A DNA stretch of 64,000 nucleotides, taken from NCBI RefSeq assembly GCF_006345805.1, contig NC_043005.1, forward strand, positions 55,180,001 through 55,244,000. The letters are read 5' to 3'. Position 1 is the stretch's first letter, and each line of letters begins with the position of its first letter. Below, piece by piece: positions 1 to 12,229 of this stretch. The position numbers and the translations under genes were made by a program. The DNA is from Octopus sinensis (lineage: Eukaryota). The notes beneath the pieces are model-generated. The model did not search any database and was not told where the DNA came from. It saw only the letters and a program-made list of their open reading frames with translations.

Positions 1-1
1 G

Positions 2-1345
2 CGAAAGCATGAACAGCTCCATCGTGCGGATCGCCCGTACGTTTGCCAAACATGTGGAAAGTCGTTCCTGTGGTCATCTAATCTCAAGGTGCACGAGAGG
101 GTGCATACAGGTGAGAGACCTTACAAATGTAAGATTTGTCACAGATGCTTTACACAGAGCAACGATCTACGCCGTCACGAGCGTAACGTACACATGCGGG
201 GTAAACTGTACGGATACCGTAATCCAGCACGACCAACTCCCCAGGTCAACTTGGCTGCCTACCAGGCTTTTGCCATGCAACAGAGAGCTTTGCTGCAACA
301 AGCATTGACTTATGAGACTCTTATGCACAACACAACGACAACAACCTCAGGACCAGCAGTTCCATCAAATTTAACACTCCATGATCAGTCACAGCAACAA
401 GCTGGACTGCTACAAGGTAAGCCACCGCCTCAACAACTTGAAAGGTCATCACAGCAACCGCACCAAAGAGATATGCAAAATGAACAGCAACAGCACCTTC
501 AGGCTATTTCTTCTCTGAGTTCAATTAAACTGGAACAAGTGACTCCACCAACGACACCATCTGAAATGGAAGACCAGCAACATGGGGTTCACAAAAGCAT
601 GGCCACTAGTAGCGGCAATTGTCATACTGCAGAAACAACGACTTATGTTCATACGAGTACACCTCCAAGCTTGTACACAATTGCCATGCCATCACGTAGC
701 GTTATCCATTCTCCACCATCATTGACTTCGGTGGCTGATATGAGCTCTTCAGAACTTCTAAGAACATCATCAGCAGAGAGTCAGAAAGATAAAGAAAAGC
801 AATACCCCTCTACCTCATCTGCATCACAAATCCTATCGCCCTCAAACACTCCATTAACAGATCTACCTCAGTCTGCCCAGATGGCACCACCTTTGTCAAC
901 TTTGACCCGTACATCTGAGGACAGCGTTATGGACTTGAGCATGAACAAGTCTACTGCAACTGTTTCAACTGCAAGCATGGTATGCGAAACGGCTACATCC
1001 GAGCATTATCGATGGAAGAGAGGTAGCTTTATCCAAACGTCTAAAACTCCAAGCTTAGATTCAGAATCTGAGGAAAAACGTGATGTGACAACTACCTCAG
1101 CTACCCCAACTACGGATGTTGGCTTCCATCAGTGTTTCCACTGCGGGATTTACTTTCATGACTACACAATGTTCCACCTCCATCAGAGCCTGCACTCACC
1201 GATTGACGAAGATCCGTTTCGATGTCCGTCCTGTAACAAGCACTGCCAAGACCGAATTGAGTTCACGTTCCACATTGTTTGGCATGTCAAGTACCCTCAC
1301 ACTATACCAAATTATCAACCTTTCAAGGAAAGCTACCTGTGTTGA
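2..1345 (+). CDS. 3' part of a C2H2 zinc-finger transcription factor gene (array fingers, Q/S/T-rich linker, C-terminal Ikaros/Hunchback-like dimerization finger pair); 5' end lies outside the window
   Basis: Frame open from base 2: ...RKHEQLH-RADRP-YVCQTCGKSFLWSSNLKVHERVH-TGERP-YKCKICHRCFTQSNDLRRHERNVH; C-terminus HQCFHCGIYFHDYTMFHLHQSLH-SPIDEDP-FRCPSCNKHCQDRIEFTFHIVWH; stop TGA 1343-1345; GC and CpG content well above the flanks. Confidence 0.93.
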   Translation, partial: RKHEQLHRADRPYVCQTCGKSFLWSSNLKVHERVHTGERPYKCKICHRCFTQSNDLRRHERNVHMRGKLYGYRNPARPTPQVNLAAYQAFAMQQRALLQQALTYETLMHNTTTTTSGPAVPSNLTLHDQSQQQAGLLQGKPPPQQLERSSQQPHQRDMQNEQQQHLQAISSLSSIKLEQVTPPTTPSEMEDQQHGVHKSMATSSGNCHTAETTTYVHTSTPPSLYTIAMPSRSVIHSPPSLTSVADMSSSELLRTSSAESQKDKEKQYPSTSSASQILSPSNTPLTDLPQSAQMAPPLSTLTRTSEDSVMDLSMNKSTATVSTASMVCETATSEHYRWKRGSFIQTSKTPSLDSESEEKRDVTTTSATPTTDVGFHQCFHCGIYFHDYTMFHLHQSLHSPIDEDPFRCPSCNKHCQDRIEFTFHIVWHVKYPHTIPNYQPFKESYLC

Positions 1346-2194
1346 CTATATGATCACAGAAGCCCTCTATTCTCTCAGGTAACTAAGTTTCTCTTTTAGG
1401 CTGTATTTCAAGCACAAGGAAGGTAAGAATTAATTGGAAACAAGGTAAGGTAGTGAAATGTCACCTGAAATGTATCTGACAAAATATGAAGTGTAAAATG
1501 TAAAAAAAGTCTACAAGGTGCTATCTGCATCTTCTGTCTTTGCACTATTCTTGGAAAATGTATTGAATTACATGTTGATATTACCATAGAAAGAAAATCT
1601 AGTTTTGAAATAATTGGGTTGCTTTTACTTGGAATAGACCATCTTCAACAGAAATTAACAAAATTATAAGATGAAGCATGTTTTCACATAGCTTTCCTTT
1701 AATTTCCTGCCCCCTCTAATAATAATCATTGTCATCAAGGTGGTGCCAATCATCGTCATCTTTAATGCTCATCATCAACATTCAAAACATATTTTAGTAT
1801 TTGCTTTTCACCATCCTTCATCTGTTCTCACCCATCATTTCTCCTAAATCAGTTCCCACAACTAGTTTCCTTTTTTTTTTTTTTTTTTTTTCCATGATCT
1901 ACATGTCTGGTCTCTGCTATCATTTCTTTTTAAAATTCTTCTCTCTTTCATCTTTTCCTAGTAGCAGTTGGACCCTCTGGTTTTTACTGGTCTCTTCATC
2001 TTTCACTCTTTCTTTTGCATTGTTCAGTGGACCATACTCATATCATTCTCTCTAGATTCTTCAGATCTGCATTAAAAGGATCAATTTTCTTTTTTTTTTT
2101 CTACAATTCTCCCAGGCTGAACAATTTCTTGGGAGTGGATTTGATAAAAGGAAACTGAATGAAGCTCATTGTGTGTGTGTGAGAGTGTGTATGT

Positions 2195-2410
2195 ATATAT
2201 ATAATGTTTGTGTGTTTGTGTCTGTCACCCAAAATACATTGTATGACAACTGGTGTTGGTTTGTTTACGTCCTAGTAATGTAGCAGTTTAGCCAAAGAGA
2301 CTAAAATAAGCATTATACTTTAAGAAATAAGCCCAAGGTCGATTCTGTTTGACAAAACCCCTAACATGGCTGCACTCCAATGACTGAAACAAGCAAAAGA
2401 TAAAGATAAC
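2195..2410 (+). mobile_element. SINE family A, 3' half
   Basis: Degenerate match to the family A body and tail seen elsewhere in the window (gtttacgtcc...aatgactgaaacaag...aaaagataaag). Confidence 0.7.
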
Positions 2411-3702
2411 GAAGCATTAATTTATATCAGGCTATAACCACAAAATTAGTTACTTTTTATTTTTACATGCAAATAGTGCAGAGTAGGGCGGTACCTTTAA
2501 CTATCGACATGTAAAAGTAGATTTGTTTTCTTAAATGTAATTAGTAAAATACTTTCTCTAACATGCAGATTTTTAACACAGTAATTAACTTGTTACATGG
2601 TAAACCAAAATTGTATGATGTAGACATTCTAACCGTTTAAAGAATTTCCGATCTTTCTGTGTGGAATGTATTTAGAATAATATTTAGAATAATAACGCTA
2701 ATTTTAACTAATATTGCTTTTGTAATTGAATGGAAAGTTTGGTTTATTGGAATTATCAATATAAAAATATCAATTTCAGAACACATTCCTGTAATGTTTA
2801 TAACATAGATTTTATAAAAGAAAAATCAATTTCTAAAACTTTTTTTTTTGTTTTTGTCTGTACTAAGAAAACTATCATCTGTTTGTGATATCTAGAGTTC
2901 ATTACTGAAATAGCATTGATTAGTTAAATGCTACATAACAAACTGAGGAAAATGAAATTGAAAATTTGAAGATATCAATTATGTTATTTACCAAAATGTA
3001 CTAGAGAAATAATTACACTATAGCTGCTCGAGAATTAATTACATTATTTAAATTAGAATGTATCGTATTATTATATAACCACCCCCCACCTGCGGTGTAT
3101 AATTACTATTTAATTGAATGTCAATATTTATAAAATAGTCATTTTTGCAAAGATGTATCTCAAGTGATATTCAAATATATTTAACCTTTTTGTAACCATA
3201 TTTCTTAGCAAGAATATACTGTCTTTGTGTTTTAATTTTCAAAAAATAATCACGAATTATGAGAGGTTTAATGAAGTTAGTGAAAGTAACTTTCTACTTT
3301 AATGAAAGATGAATATTTACATCTTAAGATCTAAATATCTTTCATAGAATAATGAAACTTCCGTCCAAGATTTGAATCTAAATTTAAACATTTTAATAGA
3401 AGCCATTGTGAGTAGGTCCATGTTGAAATGGTTAACCTGGTTTCAGTTTTCTTTCAAAGTTTCTCCACGGCATCTGTCTTTTGGATGAATCATGTTTTAA
3501 GAATTCTTTAACTTAAGGAGTTTGTTTTTCACCTGGAGTGGTCTTTTGTGATCTTTCATGGATATTAAGTGTCCTGTCATACTGATTCTTGCTCTCTATT
3601 GAATAGTTACTACAAATAACTAGATTATTGTAATTTAATATACAGTTCCATCTTCAAGAAGCTGTTCAGTCTTGCCTGAAAATGGACATACTAATATTTC
3701 AT

Positions 3703-3720
3703 CTCTCTCTCTCTCTCTCT

Positions 3721-3768
<48 letters not shown>

Positions 3769-3780
3769 GTATGTATGTAT
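3703..3780. repeat. (CT)n(AT)n compound microsatellite
   Basis: Direct reading. Confidence 0.95.
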
Positions 3781-4403
3781 GCGGTGCAAACATGGCTGTG
3801 TGATTAAGAAGCTTCCTTTGCAATCTCATAGTTTCGAATTTAGTTCCATTATGCAACACCTTGGGCAAGTGTGGAGGTGCATGGCTTAGTGGTTAGGGTG
3901 GACTCACAATCTTAAGATTGTGGTTTTGATTCCTGAACGCGTTGTGTTCTTGAGCAAAACACTTCATTTCACATTGCTCCTGTCCACTCAGCTGGCAAAA
4001 ATGAGTAAACCTGCAACAGACTGGTGTTCTGTCCAGGTGAGGAGTTTATACGTCATGAGACCGGGAAACCAGCCCTTATGAGTCGGCGTACCTCAAGAAG
4101 GTAACTTTAACTTTTACCTTGGGTGAGTGCCTTCTACCATAGCTCCGGGTTGACCAGTGCCTTGTGAATAAATTTGGTAGATGGAGACTTCATGGAAGCC
4201 TGTCATGTGTATTATATGTATATATGTATATATCTTTGTGTATGTCCTTATGTTCCCTTAGTGGTTTGGCAAAAGAGACTTACAGAATTAGCACCAGACT
4301 TTAGAAAAAAAGGTATTGCGGTTGATCTGTTCAACTAAAACCTTTGTAGGCAGTGCTCCAGCATGGCTGCAATTCAATGACAGAAACAAGTAAAAAGATA
4401 AAA
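3781..4403 (+). mobile_element. SINE family A interrupted by a family B SINE
   Basis: tRNA-like head ending caccttgggcaagtgt at 3872; resumes at 4116 accttgggtgagtgccttctaccatagc and ends gaaacaagtaaaaagataaaa. Confidence 0.8.
3873..4115 (+). mobile_element. SINE family B (tRNA head, CORE-like body, (ACTTT) tail) with 15-bp TSD
   Basis: A box tggcttagtgg, B box gttttgattcc, body gagcaaaacactt...ccactcagctggcaaaaatgagta; flanks 3858-3872 and 4116-4130 match 12/15. Confidence 0.8.
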
Positions 4404-4446
4404 TATATTAGATCTCACTAGATTTTCATGTGATATTCTTTTAACT

Positions 4447-4564
4447 AAAGGCGACGAGCTGGCAGAAACGTTAGCATGCCGGGCGAAATGCTTGGCAGTA
4501 TTTCTTCTGTCTTTATGTTCTGAGTTCAAATTCCACTGAGGTTGACTTTGCCTTTCATCCTTTC
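4447..4564 (+). mobile_element. SINE family C, 5' part
   Basis: aaggcgacgagctggcagaaacgttagc...gttcaaattcc...gaggttgactttgcctttcatcc, as in the copies at 26-27 kb. Confidence 0.8.
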
Positions 4565-4885
4565 AGATGGCACTCCCTTGATTACAGTGAGTGTTCCAGT
4601 TGATCCGATTGATGGAACAGCCTGCTTGTGAAATTAACATGCAGGTGGCTGAGCACTCCATAAACATGTGTACCCTTATTGTAAATCTCAGGGAGATTCA
4701 GTATGTCATAGAATGTGACAAGGCTGGCCCTTTGAATTACAGGTGCTACTCATTTTTGCCAGCTCAGTGAAGTGGAGCAACATGAAATAAAGTCTCTTAC
4801 TCAAGGACACTATGCACTGCTGGAAATTGAACTCACAACCCTATGATCATGAGCAAAATACCTTTATCACTGAGCTACATGCCTT
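4565..4885 (-). mobile_element. SINE family B
   Basis: Reverse-complement tRNA head near 4885 and the same CORE-like body as 3873-4115. Confidence 0.75.
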
Positions 4886-4891
4886 ACATAA

Positions 4892-5014
4892 ATGAGAGTG
4901 AGTCTGAAATTAATGTAATTTTTATTTGCATTACTTTTTGATTCACCTTCATATATATATATACAAAAAATTATGCAACTAAAATATTGCATTAATTTCT
5001 GGCTCACTCTCATA
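4892..5014. mobile_element. mariner-type TIR cluster / tiny MITE
   Basis: About 40-bp inverted repeat (4892-4930 vs 4973-5014) plus an internal third copy reading tatgaaggtgaatcaaaaagtaatgcaaat on the minus strand. Confidence 0.5.
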
Positions 5015-5065
5015 TAATATATATAATACAAAAAAGCACCCTGTAGACTACAATAATCAATAAAA

Positions 5066-5134
5066 TAGCTTAATTGGTTCAGAGCACCACAACATGTAAT
5101 CACAGAGGTGTGAGTTTGAGTCTCACAGCCGGCC
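5066..5134 (+). pseudogene. tRNA-like relic (tRNA pseudogene or isolated SINE head)
   Basis: D-arm tagcttaattggttcagagc; T-arm gtgag-tttgagt-ctcac (5110-5126); no 5' acceptor stem. Confidence 0.5.
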
Positions 5135-7750
5135 GCCAACACTTTTTTCTGCAAAATAGGAGTAGCTTATCCCATTCAGACTATATTATTAGCATTAAAA
5201 TCACTTCTTTAACTTTCTGAGACATCTCAATGCTTCTAAAGCAAACTTCGTTTGTTTATTTACGTTCATCGTAATTTGAATTTAATAAAATAGGAATAAA
5301 ATTTTTTAAAATTCATTCTTTCTATGTGGTCCAGTACTGGTCTGCAGTCTGGCGGTTAGTGACCCCCACCCCATAGTCTGAGGGAAAGACAAAAGCCAAT
5401 GTGGCTTGACCCTAGTATTTGCCTACAAGAACTAGTGTTATTGTAGGCAAACTCGGTGTGTAAAGTGTTGCACTAAATACCTCTAGGTATTCGTCCTATT
5501 CTCTAACAATTCAGCCGATCCACCACTCTGAACTAATACTGTATTTTAATTGACTGTGGGAGGATGAAAGGCAAAGTCTGCAGGATTTGGACTCACAACA
5601 TGAAGAGCCAGAACAAATATGACAAGGCATTTTGTCAGGTGCTCTAACAATTTTGCCAGTCTTCTACCTTTGTTACAATATTATATCTTGTTATCTTGTA
5701 AACCATAGAGATACAAACATATCTTGGTATCTGTAGAATCGAGATCTTTATTCATTTTACAATCCTAACATCTATTAGTAGCATGCTTAATATAACTTGC
5801 AGCATCATTTATTTAAAATGCTTTAAATGATGTTGTTTAGCACTAGACAATCCTTTAATTAATTTTAAAAAACCCTGAGATGAAAGGCACTCCAGCTGTT
5901 TGTTTTTGTTAGAAAGTGTATCTCAGACTACCATTATGCATTGTGTCTAGCATTTTTTTAAATGGCAGGATATGATCTGAAGAAGATTTAGCTGCTATTT
6001 TCAATAGATTCAGCAACTATGTAGAAGCTCTGCTGTTGGCCCTTTGGAAACTTTTGCTACCATATTTTTATTTAGCCACATTCTGTCTATATGTTTTAAT
6101 GACTTTGGAAAATAAATAAGGATTTGGAGGGACTTAGTGAAGTAACCAACTTTTTCATTATTAAGCTGTAGTTTGGAACATTACTTAACATCATCATCGT
6201 CATCAGTGGTAGTGGTGGCATTACTTATATTTTCCATGTATGTATGTATGGGTTGTTTGAGGTTTTTCCAGTTTATTGTTTTCACTTCATGCTGTGCTCC
6301 CTTGTTCATCTCCTTTGTGAGATTTCAGCCTTCTGAGGTCATTTTTTACACCTGTTTTGGGTGGCATGACTTCCTTTGGTCTTCCTCTGTTGCAAGTTTT
6401 TCTTCCTTGGCTTGCTTGCATTGCAGTTCACTAAATTGTTAGTTCATTACTAATACTGAAATTTATTGTTTGTAAAGTTGTACTGCATGTTTCTTCCCTC
6501 ATCCTTGAAAAATGTGAACAACTAGTTACACAGCTACTGTCATTAAACGAAGATACTTTATTTATGAAATAGGCCATGGCTTCTTAATTTCGATTCTTGT
6601 TAGAAGAAACTACTTCACAAGTATTACTAAATACTTATGGATTAAATAGGGATGAGAGATCAACAGTTATACACCTCCCACTATTTTGTTGTTGTTTTTT
6701 TTTAACCATTTGGCCATTTCAGCCTCTCTCCAACAGTAGGATTAGATATAATATGCTTAATCAGTAGTGAAGGTGTTGCAAGTAGTTTTAGGTGTATATA
6801 AGTTGGATGCAGACAATGCTTTCTTTCAGTGTGATTCTGTTTAATGTTGTAACTCTGAAAATGAGAAAGGATAAGGATCGATAAGAAACAGAGTGTGAAT
6901 AATGCAGCTCAATTGAGCAATGATTTATCAAATTAGTAACTGCTCTTTTAACTGTTTCTATCAGTACATTCTGATTACCTTTAGTTGCCCTGTTTATGTA
7001 AGCATGCATGCATATTTTTTTCACATATATATTCCTTGAGGAAATATATAGTATAAACAGAAACGCCAATGATGAGATTACACATTTGATAAACTTGAGC
7101 TGTTTTATGTTACAAGTTGTCTCAAAAATATATAAACCAAAAATAAAAAGGAGTCTGATAGTTTAATTACACAGCCATTGTTGGGGGTTTGGTTTGTAGT
7201 TTGCTTCCTTCTTTCGAGAAATTGAATTGAACGAACAGGATGTTGCACATAGGCAATATTTCATTTATATTCTGTATTGCCCTTTTGCAGTGTTTACAGC
7301 CTTTTTTTACACTGTAGTTTAATGTTTTATGCTCTAGGTAAGAAATCCAGGCTTTAATGCATTTCCTGCTTAGCTTGTAATTTCACAGTTACACACATGA
7401 ATAAGTGTGTGTGTGTTTATGTGTGGTGCCTCCACTTAGGCCTACCTGTCTCCAGTCTCTTCCCCACTGTCTATTCCATCAGGCTGTGCATTAATGTAAT
7501 TATACTCATTTCTTCCTTGCCGAAATGTTAACCCTCTAGAATTTCCTTCATGTCAGTGATTTTCCTGTGGTTGCCAACAGGTAGTTCAAGAGAAGCAATT
7601 AACTACATCAGTCTCACCTGTCCTATAGAGCCTGCTAAAGCTTTGCACGCATGCCCTTCTGCTAGACCCAAACCACACACACACACAAACAAATATATGT
7701 GTGTGTATACATACATATATATATATATATATATATGGGTGTGTGTATGT

Positions 7751-8050
7751 GGAGGCACAATGGCCCAGTGGTTAGGGCAGCAGACTCACGGTCGTAGGAT
7801 CGCGGTTTCGATTCCCAGACCAGGCGTTGTGAGTGTTTATTGAGTGAAAACACCTAAAAGCTCCACGTTGCTTCGGCCGGGGATGGTGGTAATCCCTGCT
7901 GTACTCTTTCACCACAACTTACTCTTACTTTTTCTTCTGTTGGCCTGCTCACTTAGCCAGCTGGGTGGCATCACTCGAAGGGTAAAACAATGTGAATGCA
8001 TTTTGGCCAGTGATGTGTAGCAACATCTGATGGCCTGGGCGGAAGGAGGG
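7751..8050 (+). mobile_element. tRNA-derived SINE (B-related), copy 1 of a tandem duplication
   Basis: A box tggcccagtgg, B box gtttcgattcc. Confidence 0.8.
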
Positions 8051-8086
8051 ATATATATATATATATATATATGGGTGTGTGTATGT

Positions 8087-8382
8087 GGAGGCACAATGGC
8101 CCAGTGGTTAGGGCAGCAGACTCACGGTCGTAGGATCGCGGTTTCGATTCCCAGACCAGGCGTTGTGAGTGTTTATTGAGTGAAAACACCTAAAAGCTCC
8201 ACGTTGCTTCGGCCGGGGATGGTGGTAATCCCTGCTGTACTCTTTCACCACAACTTACTCTTACTTTTTCTTCTGTTGGCCTGCTCACTTAGCCAGCTGG
8301 GTGGCATCACTCGAAGGGTAAAACAATGTGAATGCATTTTGGCCAGTGATGTGTAGCAACATCTGATGGCCTGGGCGGAAGG

Positions 8383-8386
<4 letters not shown>
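8087..8386 (+). mobile_element. tRNA-derived SINE (B-related), copy 2 of a tandem duplication
   Basis: Appears identical to 7751-8050, offset 336 bp. Confidence 0.8.
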
Positions 8387-8417
<31 letters not shown>

Positions 8418-8671
8418 CATACACTTCCCAAAACGTCACAGGTAAACCAAAATATTTTGTTGAACTTAATGGTGTTTATATTATACTTTATTTACTCATG
8501 TATTAGTCACACCCCATTCTTTTTTAATTATAATCAGGTATGAAATAGTGTTCCCTATACACAAATAAGCACAGTATATATATATATATATTTCGCCTTT
8601 AAAGGTATTTTAATATGCTGCCACTTTGAAATTATTTTGGAAAAAATTTTACCCTATATTAGAAGTATATT

Positions 8672-8900
<229 letters not shown>

Positions 8901-8999
8901 AGTGGGGGAGTAAATGTAATGAGAAGCAAGTTAAGCAGGTCAGTTTACACAGGATATTAAATACATTTAATAGAAAAAGATGTATATGTGTACTCATAG

Positions 9000-9369
9000 G
9001 TGCAAGAGTGGCTTGCTTACCAACCACATACTTCCAGGTTCAGTCCCACTGCTTGGCATCTTGGGTGAGTGTCTTCTACTATAGCCTCAGGCCGACCAAA
9101 GCCTTGTGAGTGGATTTGGTAGATGGAAACTGAAAGAAGCCCGTCGTATATATGTGTGTGTTTATATATATATATATAATGTATGTGTGTATATGTTTGT
9201 GTGCCTGTGTTTGTCCCCCAACCATCGCTTGACAACCAATGCTGGTGTGTTTACGTCCTTGTAACATAGCGGTTCAGCAAAAGAGACCGTTCTGGGGTCA
9301 ATTTGCTTGATTAAAGGTGGTGCTCCAGCATGGGCCACAGTCAAATGACTGAAACAAGTAAAAGAGTAT
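9000..9369 (+). mobile_element. SINE family A
   Basis: ggttcagtcccactg...gccgaccaaagccttgtgagtggatttggtagatggaaactgaaagaagcccgtcg...gactgaaacaagtaaaagag. Confidence 0.9.
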
Positions 9370-10294
9370 AGTGATGTTACCATTTTTCCTTTATACTATA
9401 TATATATATACATATTTATATTTTACTTTTAAACTTTAAGCTATCTTATGATAGTTCACCTTTTCTTAGAGAAAGAAATGCCCAAACTCTTATTAGGTAC
9501 GCATGATCTTGGCTACAACAACTCTTCCTGTCCACAGTATCTGTTGAATCATTTTACATGAACACACACTTCCATCATCATAAGCACATTGTCATTAATA
9601 TTTATTGATTAATGGCCTTTTGTGTCAGTTTTAAAATATGTAGCTTTTCTCTATACTTAATAGCATGTACTGAAGGCTCCTCCTCCTCTTCTTCTCCATC
9701 TCCATTTCCATCTCCATCTTCTTCTCCTCCTTCTTCTTCTACCTGTTAGCATACTATGGAATTCATAGTCGATGACTTTCCTGATTTTCATTCGAAACCT
9801 CTCTCTTGCAATGATGAGTGTAATATATATGGAAAAAATAATGAGTTTGGTGAGTGAGCTTATGTAAACTCCTAAATTGGCCTTAAATTATTGATAAACA
9901 TTTTTTTTTTATTGATTCCGAGTTATTTTCATAGAGAGGCGTAATCACTTATATGAATCATTTTTCCAGATTTAGCATCTATATTTCTCATCCTATTTTA
10001 GTGGATTAGACTGAATCATACTACTTCACTATATTGGCAAGGCTGACTGCAGATATTTATGAACAAGCTGTGAACAAGCACGTATGTCTGATATATTCAG
10101 TCCCATACTCTCGCTTCCTTCAGTTCGGTTTGTATGTTGTGGCCATACCTATCATCTGCTCCCTGTGCTTGAACTTGTGATAGCAGCAGAGATTTCTGGG
10201 TTTTTTTACCTTTCTGGCCTTGAATTTTATGGTCTTGTCACTTTCAAAACAGTGGTTGAAATGAATACTTTTTTTTTTTTGACTCCTAATGTGT

Positions 10295-10945
10295 ATTTTA
10301 TTTCTTTTACTTGTTTCAGTCATTGGACTGCAGCCTTCCTGGGGCACCACCTTGAAGGGTTTAGTTGAACAGATCAACCTCTGTACTTCTTTTTTTTTTT
10401 AAAGTTTGGTACCAATTCTACTGGTCTCTTTTGCCTAAACACTAAGTTACATGAACATAAACACACGTACACGTACACACACACACACAAACGTATATAT
10501 AATAGGGTTAAGACCCCCCTTCAGTCACTAGTCCAATCAATGTTGTCTATGGATACCAACCTCCCTTCTTCATACCACTGATGTTATTCAAGGCAAAGTC
10601 CGATACAGCTTGGCACCAGTGACATTGCAACTCATTTCTTCAGCTGAGTGTACTGGAGCATTGAGAAATAAAGTGTCTTGCTCAAGAGCATAAGACACAG
10701 CCTGGTCTGGGAATCGAACTCACTACCTCATGATTGTGAGCCCAATGTTCTAACCACTGAGCTATGCACCTTAATATATATATATCTGTATAACAGGCTT
10801 CTCTTAGTTTCTATTTACCAAATCCACTCACAAGGCTTTGGTCATCTCAGAGGTATGGAAGATATTTGTTCGAGATGACAAGCAGTGGGAATGAACCTGA
10901 AGCTATGTGGTTGGGAAGTAAACGTCTTACCCCAAAGCTACACCT
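10295..10945 (-). mobile_element. SINE family A (minus) with a nested family B SINE at about 10505-10770
   Basis: A tail at about 10300-10470, B element (head ...ctaaccactgagctatgcacc), A head at about 10790-10945. Confidence 0.75.
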
Positions 10946-11467
10946 GTGATGTTTTACACATTGTCCTTGAGAGAACCGTCTTTCTAGTTTATTCTAGAGA
11001 AACTCTTGTGTCTACAAGTTACGAAGATACATTACAGAAAGAAACACTTTATTTATTTCTTATGCCTCGATGACTACAAATCTAAACTTCAGTCCAATGC
11101 GTTTGTCTATGACATAGAAACATTGCTTGTTTTCAGTCATGTAGATTGTGATAGACAGAACTATGTGCCTGTCTGGCAGCCGAACACTATGACTATCTTT
11201 AGTAAGATTTAATTTCATGACCACTAAGTGATCAATAATCTTATGTCTTGACCTCACAGCCATTGACTTCCATATTTAGTTACCAAAATCTATAATTGTA
11301 CTCCTCACTATACTATGGTAGTCATCTCCCACACTGTAATATGGTAAAAAAAAAAAAAAGACAACAAAAAAGCAAAATGAATGTCTGGTGTTTAGCTCAG
11401 CTTTCATTAGGCTAAAGAGAATGGCATTTAAGACACTGGTCTGTTACACTACCTGGGTTACTAGTAC

Positions 11468-11625
11468 ATCAACATTTAACATCCATTTTCCATGCTGGCA
11501 TGGGTTGGACGGCTTGACAGGAACTGGCAAGATCAGGAGCCACACCAGGTTCCCATAGCCTGTTTTGGCTTGGTTTCTATAGTTGGATGCCCTTCCTAAT
11601 GCCAACCACTTCACAGAGTGTGCCA
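11468..11625 (-). mobile_element. RTE-type 3' end fragment (family D)
   Basis: tttaacatccattttccatgctggcatgggttggacgg...ggatgcccttcctaatgccaacc, same as the 3' end of the RTE at 28.1-28.9 kb. Confidence 0.75.
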
Positions 11626-12229
11626 GATAACGGTAATGTACATAAAAGTCGTGTCTTGCTCTAAACCATTTTGATATAATTAATTCTGCTCACAAGAATA
11701 CCTTAATAATTCTGCTATAATATCTCTACCACTGCAGATATAACATCTCTCATTGTCTGTAGCGTTTCATCCATGATCAAACGAAATTAACCAGATTTAC
11801 CATCCTTTCCAGCTATTAGTTTGCTCATGCTATTAGTAAGTATCCGTCTTCTTGAATTGTTAAGCATAAACTATCTTCTGTATCATTGCTTACTGAAATA
11901 GTATATCATTTCATTATCTTACTTTTTTCTCAAACTGTTTTTCACTGCAGTGGCAATGTCTACGCACGCAAACACTTTAGATTTATGTTTAATTAGAAAG
12001 ATATCAAACAAGCGTTAGAATTTCAAAAAAAAGTTATCTTTCTCTGTTTTTTTGTGGTGGGTTGGCTGCTACTTTAGCATGCAGTTTACTACAGTATCTA
12101 TAAGTCTATGCTGTGAAATGGCCTGATCTGAGTTGTTAAGGTTAGACTTCAGTACTAATGTGTAAATGGCCAAGTAATCTGGTAGAATGTCTTGATATTT
12201 CCAATTAGGATAAAAGAACGTCATACTTA

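Noticed and set aside
9-308. 99-aa ORF overlapping the zinc-finger exon (and ORF 1116-1382)
   Set aside because: Alternative frames of the real CDS; no recognisable motifs.
5326-5370. hAT/Charlie-like terminal motif (ggttagtgacccc)
   Set aside because: Single short degenerate end; no partner TIR or TSD.
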